64,000 nucleotides of DNA from Curvularia clavata (Eukaryota). The stretch lies in the NCBI GenBank assembly GCA_023920165.1, contig CP089277.1:3224001-3288000 (forward strand), given 5' to 3'. Within the stretch, counting starts at the first letter, position 1; every line of letters starts with the position of its first letter. A program made the translations under genes and the position numbers. The notes under the pieces are model-generated. The model ran no database searches. It was given only the letters and a program-made list of their open reading frames with translations, and was not told where the DNA came from. Of the stretch, positions 13,395 to 23,593 are shown one piece after another.

Positions 13395-14389
13395 TGCGTG
13401 TGAATTGGGATTGGGCGGGAGATGAAAGGATTGGAGGAGCTGAAAGTGGTTTTATGCCAATTGAATGTTGAGGTGGAGTGATCACGATCGATGCCTGGGG
13501 AGCTTGGACGTTTGCGTCATTGGTCATTGGAGACACGTGACGCGATCTCCATGCCAGCTCAAGCCAGATGCCCAGATGCCCACTGGACCCTGATTCAGCA
13601 CAAACCGGGCACGGCCGATGAGGACGACGAGACGGCTGGGTATTCAGATGCTGACTAGATGCACTACAGCCTCCAGCGTCCAGCCAACAGTATTGCGCTA
13701 TGGTACCATCTGCCCGAGCCCTGTACCAGTGACCAAACAACATGCCATGGCGTGCTGGACAGTACAGCAGCTTGTCGGGACCTGTTCATCCCAACGTCCC
13801 AAGACTATCCAGGTGCACCAGTCTACGCAACAATTGGTCAGACATGGCAGATATGGCACTCAGTGGGTTCGCAGGGCCAATGCATGCGTCGCCTAGGAGA
13901 GCAGACGCAATGCCCAACCCTCGCGGCAAAGTCGAGTCCTTGTAGCTGTCATCCAAGGCGTGTCCGGTGGGGCAGCCAGCGCCATAGTAGTGTGTAGTAT
14001 GTACAGAGGCGTGGGATGTAAGCCTGACGCACAGTTGGAGGCTGCCTTCAGCCTCGTGGCTGCAGTGGCTGTCCTCGAGGCAGGCAGAGGCCGATCCGTC
14101 AATGAATGCAATGGCCCCTTTGGCGGTGACGGGCGCTGCTCGCCTGTCAAGAGGCGAAAGGTCGCGCTTGTTCTGGGCCGTGTGAAACGACCAAGGACAG
14201 GCAGGCGTGATCGACGCCAAGCCCAGTCGGGTTCTCTCTCCCTCCAAACTCCCCTCCTCTGATAACTCAACCCAAACCGCCCTTGACCACGACTCTCCCA
14301 CCTTGCTTTCTTGTCCGCAACACATCGTCGCCTTCACCCACCCACGCTTCCACACACCCAAATCTCTCTTCACATCCACTCTTCTCTTC

Positions 14390-14857
14390 GTAAGTCAGTC
14401 ACCGCATTTCGTCACGCACCCCCCAGAGCCGTAGACAGCTGCAATTTGCGCCCTTTGCCGCAACGACGACATCCACGACAACACACCCGTTCCCGTCATC
14501 ATACTCAGCCGTCCAACACGCCCATACACACGCTCGCCATAGCTGTCGTCGCGGCGGCGGTGTATCGGCGCTCCCTTCGGAGATCCGCGAGGGAGAGCTT
14601 GAGCCGCCCCTCTTTGCGCCCACCGCCGTCAGGTGCAAAGGCTACGCAAGCAATTGACGTAGCTCCACTTACCGCACTCTCCGCACCCTCATCACAGCAC
14701 TCCAAACACTCGGGAACGGGCAGCATCAGGGCGATTCCTCTCCATCGCGGCAACAGCGCACACTGAGCCTCTTACCGCCCCACAATTGCGATAGCGTCCG
14801 ATTGCGCTCTTTCTGCGTTTAACTGAGGTTCGGATTAGCTAACAGATGTGCACATAG
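14390..14857 (+). other. Probable 468-nt 5'UTR intron of the 14-3-3 gene
   Basis: GTAAGT at 14390 after a CT-rich start region. Branch point GCTAAC and acceptor CATAG (14857) lie 8 nt before the ATG at 14866. Confidence 0.6.
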
Positions 14858-14865
14858 ACTACACA

Positions 14866-15875
14866 ATGGGTTACGAAGACTCTGTTTACCTGGCCAAGCT
14901 GGCCGAGCAGGCCGAGCGTTATGAGGGTAAGCACATGTGCCTCACAGGTCCTAAACCCGATGAGCTGACAAGATGGTGCAGAGATGGTTGAGAACATGAA
15001 GGCTGTTGCCTCTGCGGACCAGGAACTCTCCGTCGAGGAGCGAAACCTCCTTTCCGTTGCCTACAAGAACGTTATCGGTGCCCGCCGCGCGTCCTGGAGA
15101 ATCGTCACCTCCATCGAGCAGAAGGAGGAGTCCAAGGGCAACGAGGCCCAGGTCGCTCTCATCAAGGAGTACCGCCAGAAGATCGAGGCTGAGCTGGCCA
15201 AGATCTGCGAGGACATCCTCGAGTGCCTTGACAAGCACCTGATCCCCTCCGCTGAGAGCGGCGAGTCCAAGGTCTTCTACCACAAGATGTAAGGAGTCGG
15301 ATATGCGCGCCATTCTGCGATCCCTTTGCTAACCATTTTTTCCTTTGACAGGAAGGGCGACTACCACCGCTACCTTGCCGAGTTTGCCGTTGGTGACAAG
15401 CGCAAGGAGTCTGCCGACAAGTCCCTCGAGGCTTACAAGGCCGCCACCGAGGTTGCCGCCTCCAGCCTGGCCCCCACCCACCCCATCCGCCTCGGACTTG
15501 CCCTCAACTTCTCCGTTTTCTACTACGAGATTCTCAACTCGCCCGACCAGGCTTGCCAACTGGCCAAGCAGGCTTTCGACGATGCCATTGCTGGTATGTG
15601 TAAGATACAAATTTTGTATACAATAGCTAACACGAACACAGAGCTTGACACCCTGTCTGAGGAGAGCTACAAGGACTCCACCCTCATCATGCAGCTTCTC
15701 AGGGACAACCTGGTAAGCCTCTGACATGTTTATTAATATCGATACAAGCGCTAATGCATTTTAGACCCTCTGGACATCATCCGAGACTGAGCCTTCTGGT
15801 GACGCCCCCGCTGCTGAGCCTGCTACCGACGCACCTAAGGCTGAGGGTGAGGCTGCCGCCGAGGCCAAGGCATAA
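14866..15875 (+). CDS. 14-3-3 protein (Bmh/ArtA family), 5 exons
   Basis: '[13 protein letters not shown]', '[20 protein letters not shown]', '[10 protein letters not shown]', '[17 protein letters not shown]', '[20 protein letters not shown]'. Confidence 0.98.
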
Positions 15876-16820
15876 ACTAGATAATATGATATCAGACGCA
15901 AAAATGGCAGGGGTTAAATGGTATGGTGTATCTTGGTAAGAGTTGATGATGTCTTACTCATCATTTTCTGGTGGCATCAAGGGTAGTATATCCTAGCGTG
16001 CTTCAGGCCGAGTGCGCTTTGTTAGACTCCGAATTCTCATCCTGTCTACACTTCATTCACTCAAACCTTTTTCCCTTGTCCTGTCAAACTTCCACAAGCG
16101 AGCGGCATCTACGGTCTCTCTTGTATGCTCCTCAACGTTCACGGTTCCCTATCTAAGATCTAGATGTTGATGTCAACTGTATCCTTGGTACGCTTAAGAG
16201 GATAGATGCTCATTATGTTTCTATGATTCCCTACAACTCTTCTTTGAAGACTTATGAATTAAGACCATTGCTTCTTTTCACAAACAATCTGCATTTACGA
16301 CTGAAAGTGAGGTAAACGAATGAAACATGAGGGTGTATGTGCAAATACAATCGAGTATGCAGCGGTTGGGTAATTTATACTGCATTTTATGTATTTGTCC
16401 ACTACTGCGTAATTCAAACGCTGTGGAGAGTAGCACTACTGCTATGGCTGTATTGGATAGGTCAACATTCGTGACACGCCATAACTGTTAGACACGTCTC
16501 CCTCGCACTAAACAACGCGGGAAGCTCAGCATTGACATAGCCATCGTTGATGGGAGTACGTAGAAGAACGAGGTGAAGTACATGTACGGAACAGAACAGG
16601 AGAGATGAATGTTCAAAATGGGGATATAATGTTTGCTGGTCAAACGCTCATTGAGCCGTACTGGGTAACCATACTTTACAAGTCTCAGTCAAAAGACAAG
16701 TCACCCATGCAAACCTTACATACTTGTATTTTTGAACAGAAAAGAATACATAGCCTTGGTTGTATTTAGATGTACATAGTTCCCCACCCCACTTTGTATT
16801 CAATGCAAGCAACCCCCACT

Positions 16821-17539
16821 TTACGCGTGCCACAGCCTGGCCACAGCCTCAGTGATACCAACGTCGTTGGTCTCGAATGAGTAGAGGGCGACGCCGAGAG
16901 TAACGGTTCCGATGCGGAGAGCCCACATGGCCAAGTTGCGGACAAGAGGAACACGCTTCTTAGGGAAGTAGTCGATGATGCACGCCCTGGACAGGTTAGT
17001 CAGTTATCAGTGTCAAGATTAGACAGAAGCACGTACTCGAAACCAATGTGCGAGTGCACGACCAAAAGTGCGCAGAGAATCGAATCAGTAAGTGGGTTGA
17101 GCGATCCAGCAGCAAAAGGTGCAATGGTCAAGGGAATCAGACCAGCAGAGACGATCCTGTGCCACTGTCAGCCTTTGGTACTACAAAACATGATGCAAGG
17201 TCTGGTTCCCCAGTGCATCCCTCCAGTGACTTGGTAGTCGTACCTCTCGAAACTCCAGTGGTAGCTGCCGTGCGCATAGTCTGGCTCGGGCACAGGCACA
17301 GGGTCGTTGGTGGTTCCAATAATCTTCTGGGGTAGCGGAGGCAGGATCTGGTTGCGCTGGGTAGCGTGGAAGGCGGCGACGCGGGTGGACTGGGGAATGG
17401 CTGAGCGCTGGAAAGCTGGGCGCAGTTGGTGGGCGAGCGGGCGGTTGATGGTGGAGCTTGCCGTCGACAGCATGCGCTGCGAGGCTTGGGGCTTGGTGCA
17501 AGCCTGCCTGAGGAGGCCGGGACGCATGATGGAAGCCAT
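16821..17539 (-). CDS. SDH4: Succinate dehydrogenase cytochrome b small subunit (CybS/SdhD), 3 exons
   Basis: 'HGSYHWSFER', 'VHSHIGFEACIIDYFP', 'ETNDVGITEAVARLWHA*', with a mitochondrial presequence. Confidence 0.95.
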
Positions 17540-17834
17540 TGCAGTGGTTGGAGCGAGGCAGCTGGCGGGGACAGGCAGTGGGAGGTGGGAGGTCGCAAGA
17601 CGATATCCCGGAACCGTCGAACAGATGTTGACGACAATGCCTCGGATGAGCGATGCTGACGTCCCTGCGACGGTGATTGGCCAGCGGCGGAAGCCGGAAA
17701 ATCCCGTGACAGCAGATTTCGAACGTCAATCCACCTCAACCTAGGCCAAGAAGCTGCAGCTTCGACGAATCTCAACCCCAACCCCCCCATCACCGCCCCA
17801 TCTCCATTCCTCCCCTGCAAAGCGAGCAGACGCA

Positions 17835-19519
17835 ATGGCTTCCCGGCGGCTCGCACTCAACCTGCAGCAGAGCATGCGCTCTCGCTCCGCCATCAACGCC
17901 ATCAAGTCATCGAGACAATCGCCTTTGACACGAGGCCTGGCCACTCCCATCTCCTACGGCGCAAAGACCGAGTCGACCACCCTCGGAAATGGCTTTACGG
18001 TATGCCACAGATGCTGCAAGCTGGCAGGACTGCAATTGACCCGAGTGTGTAGATTGCTACCGAGCACTCCCCGTGGGCCCAGACCTCCACGGTCGGTGTC
18101 TGGATCGACGCTGGAAGCCGCGCAGAGACGGACAAGACCAATGGAACTGCACACTTCTTGGAGCACCTCGCTTTCAAGGTACGGACACTCGACAGACCGC
18201 CAATGGCAATGCGGGGCGACAGGACGCTGATGTAGAGACAAACAGGGCACCCAGAAGCGCACGCAGCAGCAATTGGAACTCGAGATTGAGAACATGGGCG
18301 GACACTTGAACGCCTACACCTCGGTACGTTGCGCAGGAATCAGAGACGCATCTGGACGCCGGATATTGATGACGTGACAGCGCGAAAACACCGTCTACTA
18401 TGCCAAGGCTTTCAACAACGATGTCCCCGCTGCCGTCGACATCCTGTCCGATATCCTTCAAAACTCGAAGCTCGAGCCCGCCGCCATCGAGCGCGAGCGT
18501 GATGTCATTCTCCGCGAACAGGAAGAGGTGGACAAGCAGCTTGAGGAGGTTGTTTTCGATCACCTTCACGCCACCGCTTTCCAGGGCCAGCCCCTCGGCC
18601 GCACCATTCTCGGACCCAAGGAGAACATCCAGAGCATCCAGCGCGCCGATCTCGAGAACTACATCAAGACCAACTACACTGCTGACCGCATGGTCCTCGT
18701 CGGCGCTGGTGGTATTCCCCACCAGCAGCTCGTCGAGCTCGCTGAGAAGTACTTCGCCAACCTTCCCTCTGAGCCCCAGGACTACTCTGCCAAGTCTCTT
18801 GCCGCTGAGCAGAAGCAGAAGCCCGACTTTGTTGGATCCGAGGTCCGTCTCCGTGACGACACCATGGGCACTGCCAACATTGCCATTGCCGTTGAGGGTG
18901 TCAGCTGGAGCGACCCCGACTACTTCACTGCGCTCGTAACACAGGCTATTGTTGGCAACTGGGATCGCGCCATGGGTACCTCTGACTACCTTGGTAGCAA
19001 GCTCAGCAACTTTGTCTCCCAACACGCCCTGGCCAACAGCTTCATGAGCTTCTCCACCAGCTACTCTGACACTGGGTATGTTGTGATGTAAGAAAAATAT
19101 GTGGGGGCATGACGCTAACATTTTCCAGTCTCTGGGGTATCTACCTTAACAGCTCCAACCTTACCCAGCTCGACGACCTTGTCCACTTCACCCTCCGCGA
19201 ATGGACTCGTCTGTCCATGAACGTCACCTCTGCTGAGGTTGAGCGCGCCAAGGCCCAACTCAAGGCTTCCATCCTTCTTGCTCTTGACGGCACCACTGCC
19301 GTTGCCGAGGACATTGGTCGCCAGATTGTCACCACCGGCCGCCGGTTATCACCCGAGGAGGTTGAGCGTGTTGTTGGCCGCATCACAGAGAAGGACGTGA
19401 TGCAGTTTGCCCGCAACAGGCTGTGGGACAAGGACATTGCCATCTCGGCGGTTGGACAGATTGAGGGTCTTTTGGACTACAACCGCATCAGGAACGACAT
19501 GAGCAGGATGCTTTCATAA
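17835..19519 (+). CDS. MAS1: Mitochondrial processing peptidase beta subunit (complex III core 1)
   Basis: M16 inverted zinc motif '[14 protein letters not shown]', plus 'LNAYTSRE' and '[14 protein letters not shown]'. Four introns. Confidence 0.95.
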
Positions 19520-20714
19520 AGCAAGTCGTCGTGTGAGTGCAATGGAGGCGGTGGGGGTGTAGAGTTATAGAGTTGGCAAGCTGTGAGCGTTTTTGCCGAT
19601 CGGCCTGCAAGACCTGTATTTTGTGTACACTTAGTCGAAATTTGACAAGGAAGATTTAATGGGGTTTGCTTTGGGTGTGAGTGATGTGTTGTGAAATGTT
19701 TTTTTTTCTGGTATTTGGCCTTTTGCTTCCGTTGTCCTCTCAGAGACATGATAGAGGATGTGCATACAAAGTGCCCTCTATGATGATGTCAATCAAGAGA
19801 GGAAAGAGGGCGGGTTTACATAACCCGGGTGAATTCATGTGATGATGGTTAACTCGACGAGGGAATTCGATCACACGTATGATACAATGACACTGCATTC
19901 GGGTTAGTTGGTACAACTCGGTGTCCAACTCATTTTTAGTTGGTTGGTAGGTTAGACGTAAAGTGGAAGAGAAAGAGGGTACATGTGGGCAGGGTGGGTA
20001 AGCGTCAGGATGTGTCTTAGCACTACTATATCGTTCAGAGACCCTGCTTTCTTTTTTTTTGTACAGTGGAAGTGCAAGCAATAGGATAGTCTTCTTTTCT
20101 TTCTTCCTATTATAAGGAGGGGAGATGTATGGATGGTGTAGGATGGAGAATCAATTCAGTATAGTTGAGCGAAGAGCGAGTTTAGGAAGAGTAGGAGATG
20201 AAGGAAGACAGAGATAGAGAAGTGAAAATAGATAAAGAAGGAGTGCATACAAAACCGTAGCAGGGGAGTAGAAAACGAAGACGAAGAAGGGTCAGAGGGA
20301 CTGCGTAGTTGTGCAGTATCCTTACTGACCTATCCCGAAGTTTTCTTCAATGGCTCAGAGGCATAATATAGACAGGAGCATAGATAAGAGTGGAATAGTG
20401 CGTGAGAGGAGTACAGAGAAGTCGCAGATGAGATTCCCATGAGGTGAGTGAATGGAAGGCTTGGTGCGTTAGAGCTGTGAACGTACACGTGCAGGGTAAA
20501 CCGAGAGATGAACTAAGAACCTTGGCTTCCAATAAGAATGTAGCTAAAATTCCTATGAGGCGAAGGAATTGAAGCTTTAGTGTGCGAAGTGTCCAAGTAT
20601 AACTCGATACACGTGTAAGAAATTGATGACCCTTGAGATTTCAGAATTCAAGTCCAAGTTTGTAACGATATACTGTATTCGCACTAACATCGGATATGCG
20701 TCTCCAGCTTTCAT

Positions 20715-20733
20715 TCACTCACTCACTCACTCA
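20715..20733. repeat. (TCAC)n microsatellite
   Basis: tcactcactcactcactca. Confidence 0.85.
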
Positions 20734-21188
20734 TGTAAGATGGAGAACAGACGTTTTGGATACGGTGAAAGGGGTGTGTACACCTAGTTTTTGTTTCTTA
20801 GCTTTTTTTCTAGTGTACTATTATAGTTGGATTTCATAGGGAGAAGAATAGTCCTGGTATTTCACCCCCTTCTAGACTACCCACTCTCCCTCACTATCTT
20901 CTCTGCCTTTATTCCCGTACCAATACCACTCTAGCCCTGGTAAAACACCGAAGAAAAGGATAAACCAGGATGCTACTTCTACTTCCCCAAGCGAGCAGAC
21001 AAGCGAGCCTTCCAAGTCCCACAAGTACAAGTCTAAGCTCAACTCTAAGCATGGGCTAAAAAAGATCCGCGGAACGGCAGATTTCTAGTTTTTTTGCGCC
21101 CCTCCCGCTGGCCGCTTGTCACGTCGGTACCAAAGGGGGGAAGCGATGTCGCTATGGTGACTGGTATGGGTTCCTGGTACTAGAGGCG

Positions 21189-21206
21189 TGTGTGTGTGTG
21201 TGTGTG
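21189..21206. repeat. (TG)9 microsatellite
   Basis: tgtgtgtgtgtgtgtgtg. Confidence 0.9.
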
Positions 21207-22895
21207 CATAGTTGGGCTAGCAAGGAGGCATGTAAGTCAGGTGGGATGGTTAGCTCCGTGGACGCCCCCTCGGGTATCCGGCACTGTGGTGGTGGGATGG
21301 GCGTAGGGTGCGTGCTGTGTCAGTGTTTTTCTCCTCGTCGTTTATTGTCGTTTTGCGCCGATGTGTCGGGTTTTGAGGCGCTCGCTTGATGTTGTGTGTG
21401 AGGTGTGTAGGGAGAAGGTGTGGTAAGAATGCGATAGTATAGTGGGGGGTTTTTGGGGGGAAGGAAGGGTTTGTTTGGGTGAAGGGGGGAAAAGAGTAAT
21501 CAGAGAGGATGATAATATGTATTTTTCTGCCTTTCTAGTGGTCGATGGAAGTGAGGGAGAAGGGATGAGGTAGAGGAAGTGTGCGTGGTGGCATAGTGGG
21601 GTGGTGCATGCTGGTAGCAAAGTCAAGTACGCGTAGCAGGAATACCCAGATCTTGAATTCCTCGTGCTTCATTCCCTCTTCACACACACACTGTGCATTT
21701 ACAGGTACGCATGCGTAATAGACTCTCCATTCCATGGTCTGTAGGATGCTCAACTTGCATTACAACACCAGTGGTAATCAAATATTAACATGGGTCTCTC
21801 ACCGTACCGCTACCCACAAACTGATACGCACGTGCAGGGACCCAGTTGGGCACGAATGCCTTGTAACCCGACAAAAGTTGGCTGCACGCACGGGCGGACC
21901 TACGGGCGGATTGGGGGGCTATGGGGCGGTGGGTGTTTGCGCTGTTAGGCTTATGCATACGCTTAATCTGCTAATGAAAAGTGAATAAAAATTAGTGATG
22001 TCGCAATTGTGATTGCCGTATCGATACATGTCATCCTAATTAGCGGATCTGGGAATGGCGTGACGAGGTCGAAACAGTAGGGGATTCAGATCAACGTTAT
22101 CATCGAAAATATGGTAGGTGATAGGGTTAGACTTTGCCTACTAAAGCTTATCTCGAGAACCATAAAAAGTTTTCCTTGGCCTGCCTAGCAAAAGCCATTG
22201 CCTCAACGCCCCTTAAGATACAGTCTGACTTTGAAATTGTTACCACATTGACATACTACAGCTATGGGCTGAAGACTACTCCAAAGTCAATGGTCTTCTT
22301 CCGTCGCAGCTCAAAAGAGATGATTTGCGTATCATACAAGATATGCCATGTTGTAGTATAAAATATGAAGAAAAAAACTCCGACGACACCGTGATTTGTC
22401 GTGACCCAAAATATAAAACCAGAAAAAAAAAACAAGGTGTCAGCCAAGATTGCAACCCAAACAGGAAGGTTGCACTTGTGCCGTGGTATATTTGCGAAAA
22501 TTCAAGTTCAACGACAGGCAGCCAGCCAAGCAGGAAGCAAGTCGCGATAGTTGTCGTAAAATGGTAAGACGGAAAACTTTAGGCTGAATCGAAAGCGGAA
22601 TGACGATAACGACGACGATGATGAACGCCAATGTCCCAGACCCATACCGCTATGCAGATGCTCGTAAACGCGGTCAACATACAAGTGCCGTGTATTGGAA
22701 GGATAATGGTGATGTTTGTGATTGTGGTTGTTGTTGTTGTAGTGGTGGTCAGTATGTTAGACAGTAGACCATCATGACTGTGTGGTAGTGCGGACTTGAA
22801 AGACGGGTCGTGTCCATGATAAGTCGAGGATTAGGAGGAAGGCCGACACAGTATGGGCTCACAGGGCGTGTGTGAGTGTATATGAGCTCTGATTG

Positions 22896-23593
22896 TTATT
22901 TGATGGTTTTGCCCTTGCCCTTGACCTTGGTGGCCTTTCCAGCGCCAGCCGAGGTCAGTTTACTGGTTTGCATGAGTTCGCCAATATATCTGGACAGAGT
23001 CAGCATGGAGAATGGGCGTTTTGCGAGTTGCAGAGGGAAGACGCACGATTGCAAGAACCTGTTGCCGCCCTCGAGCTTTTCGTGTTCGGATTTTACGACT
23101 TCGACGCGGTCGACGATTTCCATGAGGCTAGCTTGCAGGGCTTTGGCTTGTCTGGCGAAACCGGGTTAGCTTGGCTGCAGGCGCAAGGAACGAGGGTGTA
23201 GAGTGCAGAGGGCGCAATGCAGTGCGGAGTGCAGTACAGTACAGGACATGACAGGACAGTCACTCACTCTATCAAAGCCTGGCGGGCATCCTGGCCCATC
23301 TTCTCAATCTCCTCGCTGCTACGGCGGGGGCTCATTGTGCGCGCATCGCCGTCATCGTACTCCTCCTCCTCTTCCTTCATCTCGACATTGGGGCTGTCGC
23401 GGGGTATTATGATGGTGCCGCTCGACTTTCTGCTGCCGAGACGAGGCCTGGGCTGGAGGGTGGGGTCGGCAGCCATGTCCTTGTCGCTGACAGACGAGTT
23501 TGACGAGGAGGTGGACATGTCGTCGGACTGACGGCGGTCGTGAGGAGGGGGACAGGAGGATGGGTACGAGTCGACTGAAATGTGCGGGATCAT
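22896..23593 (-). CDS. Short coiled-coil protein (SCOC/Slo1, DUF2205-like), 3 exons
   Basis: Spliced C-terminus 'QAKTLQASLMEIVDRVEVVKSEHEKLEGGNRFLQSYIGELMQTS' matches the SCOC pattern. Start codon uncertain (23593 or 23519). Confidence 0.75.

Larger units (their letters stand above)
20300..22300 (-). ncRNA. Candidate telomerase RNA / long structured ncRNA (ends approximate)
   Basis: No credible ORF. Minus-strand CUAACCCUA at 22122-22130. Pseudoknot-like pairing UUUUGUCGGGUU (21865-21876) with AAAACCCGACA (21364-21374). Several helices rely on G-U pairs that form only on the minus strand. Confidence 0.45.

Noticed and set aside
21324..21333. Plus-strand TGTTTTTCTC resembling the vertebrate telomerase pseudoknot
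   Set aside because: No plus-strand template or pairing partner, and most G-U evidence favours the minus strand.
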